From NCBI GenBank assembly GCA_964633465.1, contig CAZWGB010000002.1, positions 1 to 55,450 on the forward strand: 55,450 nt of DNA, in the 5' to 3' direction. Of the stretch, positions 18,329 through 26,967 are shown piece by piece; position 1 is the stretch's first letter, and each line of letters begins with the position of its first letter. The notes beneath the pieces were generated by a model. That model worked only from the letters and a program-made list of their open reading frames with translations. It did no database searches and had not been told where the DNA came from. This DNA is from an uncultured Woeseiaceae bacterium. Its GTDB lineage: Bacteria > Pseudomonadota > Gammaproteobacteria > Steroidobacterales > UBA11654. Position numbers and translations under genes: made by a program.

Positions 18329-19737
18329 TATTCAATCTCCAAACTTTTAACATCATTCAATTTTCCAGATACTGCCGAAGCAGCAACTGTTGCAGGGGAG
18401 GCAAGATGCGAACGTGTGCGCTTGCCTTGTCTATTTTCAAAGTTCCTATTTGTGGTAGTGATTACCCGTTGTTTTTCGCCGAAACTTTCTCCACCTGCAA
18501 AAAAGCACATTGAACAGCCGGATTCACGCCACTCAAAACCAGCAGCTTTAAAGATTTGATCCAAGCCTTCCTGCTCTGCTTCAAGCTTTACTTGCGATGA
18601 GCCTGGAACACAAATTGCTTTTACTCCAGATGCAACTTTCCTGTTTTTCAGTACTGCTGAAGCTGCCCTTAGGTCACTTAATCGGCTGTTGGTGCAGGAG
18701 CCAATGAAGGCTGCATCTATCGTAATGTCTTTCATTTTTGTGCCAGGGCTAAGATCCATATATTGCAGCGCCTTCTGCATTGATTTTTGTGAACTTGAAT
18801 CAGTTTCTTCGTCAGGATCAGGAATACTTTTATCAATTGGAATTGCATGCTGTGGACTGGTGCCCCAAGTAACGAAAGGCGTCATTGTTTCGCAGTCAAT
18901 TGTAAGCATTTCATCAAAATGAGCATCTTTATCACTTCTCAAGCTTTCCCAATGGTCAAGTGCTTTATTGTAAGACAAGCCTTGAGGAGCAAAAGGACGT
19001 TTTGCAATGTATTCAAAAGTTTTAGAATCCGGCGCAATAATGCCTGTCCATGCGCCAAACTCAACAGCCATATTACACAAAGTTAGGCGTGCTTCAATCT
19101 CAAGGTTTTCAATTACAGGTCCTGAGAACTCAACCGCGTAACCAGTTCCACCTGCAGCTCCAAATTTCTGGATTAAATGTAAAATTAAATCTTTGGCCGT
19201 GACCCCAAAGGGCAGCGTGCCATCAAAAATTACTTTCATCATTTTTGGTTTTTTAATGATCAGGGTGCTCGTACTGAGGGCATGCTCACATTCACTTGAA
19301 CCGATGCCCCATCCTAATGCTCCCAAACCGCCAACAGTGCAAGTATGAGAGTCAGGGCAAACCAGAGTAACCCCAGGTAGAGCAATCCCTTGTTCTGGAG
19401 AAACCACATGCACTATTCCCTGATTTGGATCACCTAGATCAAAAAAGTTGATGCCCGTTTTTTTAGCAGACGATCGGGTAGAAATGATGAACTCTTTGCC
19501 GCTGGGCATGAGTGTTTCATCCCCTCGACCAGGAAAAGTATCGACGATGTGATCCATGGTGCAGAAAACATGAGATGGATTACGAACAGCACGGCTTTCT
19601 TTTTCTAAATTTTTTAATGCAATGCTTCCAGTTCTTTCATGCAAGAAAATCCGATCGATATAAATCAGGCTATTGCCATCATCATGATTGATAATTGCAT
19701 GTTGTTGCCATATTTTTTCTACCAGTGTTAAACCCAT
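18328..19737 (-). CDS. leuC: 3-isopropylmalate dehydratase large subunit (LeuC-like aconitase-family hydro-lyase)
   Basis: 469 aa and colinear with E. coli LeuC. Has [23 protein letters not shown] and GCSMC...[10 protein letters not shown], covering the three Fe-S Cys. The substrate-region motif deviates from the canonical one (see findings). Confidence 0.78.
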   Translation of the reverse strand: [469 protein letters not shown]

Positions 19738-19878
19738 GTCTTTGTACGCAATTTCTTTGTTGAATATTATAAATTAAATTGAGAGTAATATTTCTGAAGG
19801 TCCTGATTTGATAGAATCCTAATGCTATTAAAACAATAAGGCTATAATTGATGCCAAAGGAAGGTTAGAAGGGAATAA

Positions 19879-20343
19879 ATGCTTAGTCACCTTGATAAAA
19901 ACAATCGTCCCAATATGGTCGATATCTCTGATAAAGCAATCACCAAAAGAACTGCTGTTGCTTCGGCTTGCGTTAAATTACCTGAGGTGGTGAGGAAAGA
20001 ATTTGTTAAAGGTGAGATTCAAACCAAGAAGGGACCTGTGATTGACACCGCTATCGTTGCTGGCACAATGGCTGCGAAAAAAACCCACGAATTGATCCCG
20101 TTTTGCCATCCCTTAGGGCTGAACGTGTGTAAAATTTCAATTGATTTAAGTGATACCGGAGATTTAATAATTCTGTGTGAAGTCTCTATAGAACACAAAA
20201 CAGGGGTCGAAATGGAGGCGCTCACCGGAGCTACTGTGGCAGCACTCACGGTCTATGATATGTGCAAATCACTTTCCCATGAGATTGAGATCAGTGACAT
20301 ACGTCTACAGAAAAAAACCGGAGGTAAACGTACGGTTGGGTAA
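19879..20343 (+). CDS. moaC: cyclic pyranopterin monophosphate synthase MoaC
   Basis: 154 aa. Has MVDISDK, LIPFCHPL and GVEMEALTG..VAALTVYDMCK, all MoaC landmarks. Confidence 0.93.
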   Translation: MLSHLDKNNRPNMVDISDKAITKRTAVASACVKLPEVVRKEFVKGEIQTKKGPVIDTAIVAGTMAAKKTHELIPFCHPLGLNVCKISIDLSDTGDLIILCEVSIEHKTGVEMEALTGATVAALTVYDMCKSLSHEIEISDIRLQKKTGGKRTVG

Positions 20344-20364
20344 CAACCACCCTTCTTATCTGTT

Positions 20365-20943
20365 ATGCCACAATTGCATGGACTGATACTTACCGGAGGT
20401 CGAAGTAGGAGGATGGGTCAAGATAAAGCCCTGATGCGTTTGGCTTCAAAAACACTCCTCGAATGTACTCATGAACTGCTGCACGAGTGCCTGGTATCAA
20501 TTTATGTATCTATCAAACAGGATCAAATAGGTGATCCCATACGGTCCAAGTTTAAGCTGATCATCGATGAGCATGGTCAGTCAGGTCCCATGGCAGGAAT
20601 TTTATCAGCACATAAGACTCATCCCCACAGTGCTTGGTTGGTTGTTGCCTGTGATATGCCCAGTTTGGATAAACAAACTTTGGCACAATTGATAAAGGAG
20701 AGAGATTCTGCTTTTGATGCAACAGCTTTCAACAGTCCGAAAGATAACTTACCGGAGCCGCTCTGTGCTATTTATGAGCCTCATCTTCTCTCAGAGGTTC
20801 TTGACAATTCAAAGCTATTGCCGAGTAACAGTCCAAGGGACTTGTTGTTGCAATCTAGAGTTAAAATCATAAAAACACAGAATCCAACCGCCCTAGAGAA
20901 TACGAATTATCCAAGAGAGGATTTAAGTGAAATTGAATCTTGA
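20365..20943 (+). CDS. mobA: molybdenum cofactor guanylyltransferase MobA
   Basis: 192 aa. Has the LILTGGRSRRMGQDKAL nucleotide-binding motif, GPMAGILSA and VVACDMP, as in E. coli MobA. Confidence 0.85.
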   Translation: MPQLHGLILTGGRSRRMGQDKALMRLASKTLLECTHELLHECLVSIYVSIKQDQIGDPIRSKFKLIIDEHGQSGPMAGILSAHKTHPHSAWLVVACDMPSLDKQTLAQLIKERDSAFDATAFNSPKDNLPEPLCAIYEPHLLSEVLDNSKLLPSNSPRDLLLQSRVKIIKTQNPTALENTNYPREDLSEIES

Positions 20944-21019
20944 GTATGCGATCATTGTGCGCAAATATTAATGATTCCTAAAACTTGAGAAACACATGGA
21001 GAAATTTTAGGGTAAAACT

Positions 21020-21613
21020 ATGACAGAAAATAACAACACACCAACCGAAGACGAAGCAAAGAAAGCCGTTCGAACTCTCATTCAATGGGCAGGTGATGAC
21101 CCTGAACGAGAAGGCTTAAAGGAAACGCCTCAACGCGTTGCAAAGGCCTATAAAGATTGGTTTAGTGGCTATGGAGAAGATCCTTACGAGTACATGAACA
21201 GAACTTTTGAAGAGGTTGATGGCTACGACGAAATGGTCACTCTTAGGGGCATCACCTTTGAATCCCATTGCGAGCATCATATTGCTTTGATTACAGGCAA
21301 AGCCTTTGTTGCTTATCTTCCTGATCATAAAGTTGTGGGTATCAGTAAATTGGCCAGAGTTGTCGATGCTTACGCCCGACGATTCCAGGTGCAAGAAAAA
21401 ATGACTGCTCAGATAGCTAATTGTATTAACGAGGTACTCAAGCCCAAAGGTGTAGGTGTGGTTATCATTGGCAGGCATGCTTGTATGACGACGAGAGGCA
21501 TTCACAAGAGCAGCGTTGACATGGTTACTAGCACCATGTTGGGAGGTTTTAGAACCAGTGAAGCAACTCGTATCGAATTTATGAAAACATTGGGTAATTT
21601 AGAAATCGATTAA
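21020..21613 (+). CDS. folE: GTP cyclohydrolase I (type 1)
   Basis: 197 aa. Has the FESHCEHH zinc motif, ISKLARVV and QVQEKMT, typical of FolE. Confidence 0.93.
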   Translation: MTENNNTPTEDEAKKAVRTLIQWAGDDPEREGLKETPQRVAKAYKDWFSGYGEDPYEYMNRTFEEVDGYDEMVTLRGITFESHCEHHIALITGKAFVAYLPDHKVVGISKLARVVDAYARRFQVQEKMTAQIANCINEVLKPKGVGVVIIGRHACMTTRGIHKSSVDMVTSTMLGGFRTSEATRIEFMKTLGNLEID

Positions 21614-21619
21614 AAAATT

Positions 21620-22081
21620 ATGAGCCATATAATTTCATCTTTTGAAGATTTGAAAGCCCTTGAGGGTATGGAGGTTGGAGTATCGGACTGGTTTCAAATT
21701 ACTCAAGATCAAATCAATCAATTTGCAGATGTGACCCTTGATCATCAATGGATTCATGTTGATGTGGGACGAGCACAAAAAGAGATGCCAGGCGGGACAA
21801 CTATTGCACACGGTTACCTAACTTTGTCTATGATTCCAGCTATGACTGCAGGGTTTTTAGAATTTACCAATTTGAAAATGGGAATCAATTATGGATTGAA
21901 CAAGGTTCGCTTTACCAATATGGTTGCCGTAGATAGTAGAATTCGTGCCCGATCAGTGGTTCAGGCAGTAAGACAACGTTCTGGTGCAGCTCAGTTGGTA
22001 GGTCTGACTACTGTGGATATTGAGGGTGAAACCAAACCCGCCTGTGTCGTCGAGACCGTCTCGTTTTTTCATTTCGGCTGA
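21620..22081 (+). CDS. MaoC-like (R)-specific enoyl-CoA hydratase/dehydratase
   Basis: 153 aa. Hot-dog fold pattern: FADVTLDHQWIHVD...GGTTIAHGYLTLS. Confidence 0.8.
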   Translation: MSHIISSFEDLKALEGMEVGVSDWFQITQDQINQFADVTLDHQWIHVDVGRAQKEMPGGTTIAHGYLTLSMIPAMTAGFLEFTNLKMGINYGLNKVRFTNMVAVDSRIRARSVVQAVRQRSGAAQLVGLTTVDIEGETKPACVVETVSFFHFG

Positions 22082-22083
22082 AT

Positions 22084-22962
22084 ATGAACGATCCAAATAC
22101 CTTGGATACTACAATTGAGCGATTGATTGAATTGCTTGACCTTGAAAACATTGAGGAGAATATATTCCGGGGCGAAAGCCAAGACATAGGAAGCCCTCAG
22201 GTATTTGGTGGTCAAGTATTGGGACAAGCACTGACTGCAGCCAGTCGAACTGTTAAAGACCGCAATGTACATTCTCTGCATGCTTATTTTTTAAGGCGCG
22301 GTGATTTCGAGGCACCAATTGTTTACGAAGTTGATAGAGCGAGAGATGGTGGAAGTTTTTCCAACCGAAGAGTCATAGCAGTTCAACATGGAGAGCAAAT
22401 TTTCAATATGACGGCTTCATTTCAGAGACCGGAAGAGGGTTTAGAGCATCAATCTGAGATGCCCAGTGTTGCACCACCGGAAGAACTTGATGATTTACTG
22501 GATTTGATCAAGCCGGAATGGATTGAACAATTGCCTCAAAGAATACAAAGAATGCTAACCCGGCAGAGGCCTTTTGATGTGAGACCGGTGGAGTTGCCAC
22601 ATTTTTTAAGTAAAACAACTAGAGAGCCACGGAAGCATACTTGGATCAAAGCCAAAGGAGAGGTTCCAAACAAGCTTTCTCTCCATCAAGCACTTTTGGC
22701 TTATGTCTCTGATTACGATTTGTTAACCACCGCCATACTCCCCCATGGAACCAATATAATGCAAAATCGATTCCAAATGGCTAGCCTTGATCATGCTATG
22801 TGGTTTCACAAAAGCTGTGTCGTGGATCAATGGATGCTGTTTGCTTATGACAGTCCCAGGTCATCTGGTGCTAGAGGATTTGCAACAGGACAGATTTTTT
22901 CAAGAGAAGGGATACTGATTGCATCTATGACTCAAGAGGGGTTGATGCGGCTTCGAAATTAA
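22084..22962 (+). CDS. tesB: acyl-CoA thioesterase II
   Basis: 292 aa. Has FGGQVLGQAL..A, HSLHAYFLRRGD and a second double-hot-dog half ending ...QEGLMR, as in TesB. Confidence 0.9.
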   Translation: MNDPNTLDTTIERLIELLDLENIEENIFRGESQDIGSPQVFGGQVLGQALTAASRTVKDRNVHSLHAYFLRRGDFEAPIVYEVDRARDGGSFSNRRVIAVQHGEQIFNMTASFQRPEEGLEHQSEMPSVAPPEELDDLLDLIKPEWIEQLPQRIQRMLTRQRPFDVRPVELPHFLSKTTREPRKHTWIKAKGEVPNKLSLHQALLAYVSDYDLLTTAILPHGTNIMQNRFQMASLDHAMWFHKSCVVDQWMLFAYDSPRSSGARGFATGQIFSREGILIASMTQEGLMRLRN

Positions 22963-23470
22963 CCAAGCCCTTGGCAAAACGCTTGCCGTTAAGAATATAG
23001 CCCTGGGCAGAATATTTAATCATTTTTATGTCTTCACTGGTTAATTCACGAATCACTTTGGCAGGTGATCCCATGATCAAAGAATTTTCTGGGAAAGTCT
23101 TATTTTCAGTGATCAAAGAGTTGGCTCCCACTATGGAATGCTTTCCAATCACAGCATGATTCAGGATCGTGCTATTAATCCCAATCAGGCAGTGATCACT
23201 GATGGAACAGCCGTGAAGCATCACTTTGTGGCCAACGGTGACCATTTTACCGATGGTCAGAGGTGCGCCGCTATCGGTATGGAGTATGGATCCGTCTTGA
23301 ACGTTACTACCGGCGCCTATTTTTATGGGATCGTTGTCTCCGCGTATAACTACGTTAAACCATATGCTCACATCTTGTTCCATTTGAACATTGCCAATAA
23401 CGGTGGCATTGGACGCGATGAAGTTTGCTTTATCACAGTCCGGTGTAATGTTGTCGATCGAATACAGCAT
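22925..23470 (-). CDS. gamma-class carbonic anhydrase family protein (left-handed beta-helix, YrdA/PaaY-like)
   Basis: 181 aa. Has hexapeptide repeats with the His triad region (SIWFNVVIRGD..., LHTD, VGHKVMLHGC). Its 3' end overlaps the tesB 3' end by 38 nt. Confidence 0.85.
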   Translation of the reverse strand: MLYSIDNITPDCDKANFIASNATVIGNVQMEQDVSIWFNVVIRGDNDPIKIGAGSNVQDGSILHTDSGAPLTIGKMVTVGHKVMLHGCSISDHCLIGINSTILNHAVIGKHSIVGANSLITENKTFPENSLIMGSPAKVIRELTSEDIKMIKYSAQGYILNGKRFAKGLVNFEAASTPLES

Positions 23471-23481
23471 ATAATATTCTT

Positions 23482-24222
23482 TTAGGCTAGTCCTTGGTTT
23501 GCAACTGCTTGTTTTGCTTTTTCAATAAATTCCTGGTCCCCAATGAATCCTTGTTTGACAGGTTTGAGGTTTTCGTTAAATTCATAGGCCAGCGGTATCC
23601 CTGTGGGAATATTAAAAGCTATAATCTCCGCATCTGAGATATTTTCAATCATTTTCACCATGGCCCTGAGACTATTGCCGTGGGCGACAACTAGAACATT
23701 TTGGTTGCCCAGTAGTGCAGGGATGATTTTTGTTTGCCAGTATGGTTTAACCCTCAAAAGGGTGTCTTTTAAACTCTCACCGGTAGGCAAATCAGTGATG
23801 CCGGAGTAGCGCTCCTCAAATCTCGGGTGATGTTTATCATCATTATCTAAAGCAGGTGGAGGTATGTCGTAGCTTCGTCTCCAAATTTGGACTTGCTCTT
23901 CCCCATATTCACCTGCAACTTGAGATTTGTCTAGGCCTTGGAGGGCACCGTAATGTCTTTCATTTAGCTCCCAAGCATTGATCACTGGTATCCAAGTGAG
24001 ACCCATTTCTTCAAGCACAATCCACAAAGTTCTGGTAGCTCTTTTCAATACTGAGGTGTATGCAAGATCAAAAGATAACCCTTCATTTTTGAGAGTTAAC
24101 CCAGCGTCTTTTGCTTCCTGCTCGCCTTTCGGTGTTAGGTCGACATCCGCCCATCCAGTAAATCTGTTTTCAAGATTCCACTCACTTTCACCGTGTCGAC
24201 ACAGAATCAATTTTCCTGCCAT
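23482..24222 (-). CDS. gpmA: 2,3-bisphosphoglycerate-dependent phosphoglycerate mutase
   Basis: 246 aa. Has the LCRHGESEWNLENRFTGW catalytic-His motif and VVAHGNSLRA. Confidence 0.95.
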   Translation of the reverse strand: MAGKLILCRHGESEWNLENRFTGWADVDLTPKGEQEAKDAGLTLKNEGLSFDLAYTSVLKRATRTLWIVLEEMGLTWIPVINAWELNERHYGALQGLDKSQVAGEYGEEQVQIWRRSYDIPPPALDNDDKHHPRFEERYSGITDLPTGESLKDTLLRVKPYWQTKIIPALLGNQNVLVVAHGNSLRAMVKMIENISDAEIIAFNIPTGIPLAYEFNENLKPVKQGFIGDQEFIEKAKQAVANQGLA

Positions 24223-24365
24223 TATGGCACCTCATCATAGTTAGTGTCTGATTGCTAACAATTCAGTTTGGATAATTTTACTCTCTCTCACGTATAAAAA
24301 ACACTTGGGCAATCAAACGAAAGGAAAATATTGGTAGAATAACACTCAAACCAATGTGCATTGCT

Positions 24366-26018
24366 ATGGCCCAAGAAAGAGAATCAATGGAATTTGATGT
24401 AGTGATAGTCGGCGCGGGACCCTCTGGGTTAAGCGCGTCGATAAAGCTAATGCAGTTGTCCCAAGAGCAAGGTCTTGATTTGAATATTTGCGTGCTAGAA
24501 AAGAGCTCCGATATTGCTTCACACATTATCTCAGGTGCGGTTATAGAAACTCGTGCTCTAGATGAATTGTTGCCCTATTGGGAGGCGAGTGATGCTTTTA
24601 TCCAAGCACCAGTTACACAGGATCAGATGTCTTTTTTAATTAATGAAACGACAAGCATTGATATACCCTCTTTCTTAATTCCATCATCGATGAACAACCA
24701 CGGCAATTCTATTATTAGTCTGGGTTCATTGTGTCGGTGGTTGGCGTCCGAAGCTGAAGCATTGGGCGTGAATATTTTTCCCGGGTTTCCTGCGGTTGAT
24801 TTAATCGAAGAAGAGGGAAGAGTTGTTGGAGTGATTTCTGGAGATATGGGTGTAAATAAAGAGGGGCAAGCAAAAGAAAGCTATGAATCTGGTTACGAGC
24901 TCAGAGCCAAATACACCATACTTTCAGAAGGTTGCAGGGGCAATCTGGGCAAGAAACTAATCAAAAGATTCAGATTGGATGAAGATTCTGATCCCCAGCA
25001 TTATGGCATAGGATTCAAAGAAATTTGGACTGTTAACCCAGAGAAGCATCACGAGGGTTCTGTCTTTCACACTGCTGGGTGGCCTTTGGATTCAAAAACG
25101 GAAGGCGGAGGATTTGTTTATCACGCTCCAAATAATCAACTATATTTGGGCCTCATTGTTTCCCTTGACTACCAAAATCCTTACCTAAATCCCTTTGGTG
25201 AATTTCAAAAATGGAAACTGCATCCAAAAATTAGCAATCTTCTGGAAGGAGCTGAACGAATTTCCTATGGTGCAAGAGCTGTTAATAAAGGAGGATTGCA
25301 ATCTCTTCCCAAGTTGACTTTTCCCGGTGGGCTTTTAGTGGGTTGTGATGCGGGATTTCTCAATGGTGCAAAAATAAAAGGCACTCACACCGCAATGAAG
25401 TCAGGTATGCTTGCTGCAGAATCGATAGTTCAGTCGTTTTCTGAAGAAAGGCAAGATGATGAATTGGTCAATTACCAAAAATCTGTTGAACAATCCTGGA
25501 TTTATAAAGAGCTTCACCAGGCTAGAAATTTTTCACCTGCACAGAAGAAATTTGGTCTCTATATCGCATCTGTATTTATCTGGATAGATCAGAATATTTT
25601 CAAGGGACGATTGCCAATTACACTGCGTATTTCAGAACCAGATCATGCTAAGTTAGAGAAAGCATCTGGACTGGACCCACTAAAGTATCCTAAACCTGAT
25701 GGAAGACTTACTTTTGACCGAACTTCTTCGATATATTTGTCTGGAGTTGCTCATGAAGAAGATCAGCCTTGTCACCTTAACTTGATTGATGCAGAAATTC
25801 CCATACAAACCAATCTCCCAATATACGGTGAACCTGCCAGATTGTATTGTCCCGCTGGTGTTTATGAAGTGCTTGAAAGCAATGATGGCTCCATGAGATT
25901 TCAAATCAATGCCCAGAATTGCATTCATTGCAAAACCTGTGATATCAAAGATCCCAGTCAAAATATTCAGTGGGAATGCCCAGAAGGTGGCGGGGGACCC
26001 AATTACACTAATATGTAA
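24366..26018 (+). CDS. electron transfer flavoprotein-ubiquinone oxidoreductase (ETF-QO)
   Basis: Has the MEFDVVIVGAGPSGLSA FAD motif and a C-terminal 4Fe-4S region NCIHCKTCDIKDP...PEGGGGPNY. The ORF track starts at 24354; I prefer the ATG at 24366 (MAQERESMEFD...) by comparison with other ETF-QO N-termini. Confidence 0.9.
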   Translation: MAQERESMEFDVVIVGAGPSGLSASIKLMQLSQEQGLDLNICVLEKSSDIASHIISGAVIETRALDELLPYWEASDAFIQAPVTQDQMSFLINETTSIDIPSFLIPSSMNNHGNSIISLGSLCRWLASEAEALGVNIFPGFPAVDLIEEEGRVVGVISGDMGVNKEGQAKESYESGYELRAKYTILSEGCRGNLGKKLIKRFRLDEDSDPQHYGIGFKEIWTVNPEKHHEGSVFHTAGWPLDSKTEGGGFVYHAPNNQLYLGLIVSLDYQNPYLNPFGEFQKWKLHPKISNLLEGAERISYGARAVNKGGLQSLPKLTFPGGLLVGCDAGFLNGAKIKGTHTAMKSGMLAAESIVQSFSEERQDDELVNYQKSVEQSWIYKELHQARNFSPAQKKFGLYIASVFIWIDQNIFKGRLPITLRISEPDHAKLEKASGLDPLKYPKPDGRLTFDRTSSIYLSGVAHEEDQPCHLNLIDAEIPIQTNLPIYGEPARLYCPAGVYEVLESNDGSMRFQINAQNCIHCKTCDIKDPSQNIQWECPEGGGGPNYTNM

Positions 26019-26127
26019 TGCAATTTTCTTGTTTAAAAATAATCACTTGCGATGCTTTTCTTTCAATGCGCTATCTGATACCTTGCGCTATAGTCCAATT
26101 TACTAAATGATCATAGGGCATTTATGA

Positions 26128-26967
26128 ATGCAAACTATGCTTGAAACAATAAAAGCAAAAATTACCTTAATCTGTGCGACAGTTGTTTGCATAACACTGA
26201 TGGGCGCTAATCTTTCCATTTCACAAGAAACAACAGAGATAGAAGAGATAATCCTTCCTGATCCGATAGAGATTCTAGACGATTCTTTGTTTGTTCAAAG
26301 CAGTTCCGATCTTAATTCTAAAGGCTCTCAAGCAGTTGTCAGCGATCTTTCAGATGAAACCCAAGATTTACTTGGCCAATACCGTCTAGTGTTGCAACAG
26401 ATCGACCGATTGATTGCCTACAACGACTATGTTGAACGACTCATTGTTGATCAAGAAGCTCAGATAAAGGACATAAGAGAACAACTTGATCAGTTTGCAT
26501 TGATTGAACGTGGGATTGTTCCATTGATGCTTGACAGTATTGATACATTGGACAAATTTATTGATTTGGATGTCCCATTCTTATTGGAAGAGCGTAAAGC
26601 TAGGGTGGCAAGGTTGAGAACGATTATGAATCTATCCGACGTTACCGTTTCAGAAAAATACCGTCAAATTATGGACGCCTATCAGATTGAAACTACTTAT
26701 GGTCGAGACATCGAAGCCTACACAGGATTATTGGAAATCGGTGGAGTCAGTCGACAGGTAGACTTTCTTAGAATTGGCAGAACGTCACTCACTTATCAGA
26801 CTCCAGATCAGGAGGAAACGGGTTTTTGGAACAAACAGGATAAGCAATGGGAAAAATTACCCAACAAATACCAAAATTATGTTACTCAAGGGCTTAGAGT
26901 TGCTCGCAAACAGGTAACGCCAAATCTTCTTGAGTTGCCCATTGAGGCGCCCGGAGAAGGAAGATGA
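26128..26967 (+). CDS. DUF3450-type periplasmic coiled-coil protein (first gene of TonB2-type clusters)
   Basis: 279 aa with a signal/anchor and a long heptad-like region. It sits directly upstream of, and in ATGA overlap with, a long MotA/TolQ/ExbB protein, as in Vibrio TonB2 loci. Confidence 0.7.
   Translation: MQTMLETIKAKITLICATVVCITLMGANLSISQETTEIEEIILPDPIEILDDSLFVQSSSDLNSKGSQAVVSDLSDETQDLLGQYRLVLQQIDRLIAYNDYVERLIVDQEAQIKDIREQLDQFALIERGIVPLMLDSIDTLDKFIDLDVPFLLEERKARVARLRTIMNLSDVTVSEKYRQIMDAYQIETTYGRDIEAYTGLLEIGGVSRQVDFLRIGRTSLTYQTPDQEETGFWNKQDKQWEKLPNKYQNYVTQGLRVARKQVTPNLLELPIEAPGEGR

Noticed and set aside
24278-24526. An 82-aa minus-strand ORF across the ETF-QO start, and the alternative ETF-QO start at 24354.
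   Set aside because: The minus-strand ORF overlaps the FAD-binding N-terminus of ETF-QO and has no recognisable features. 24354 adds only MCIA before a better-matching MAQERESMEFD N-terminus. Either start remains possible.
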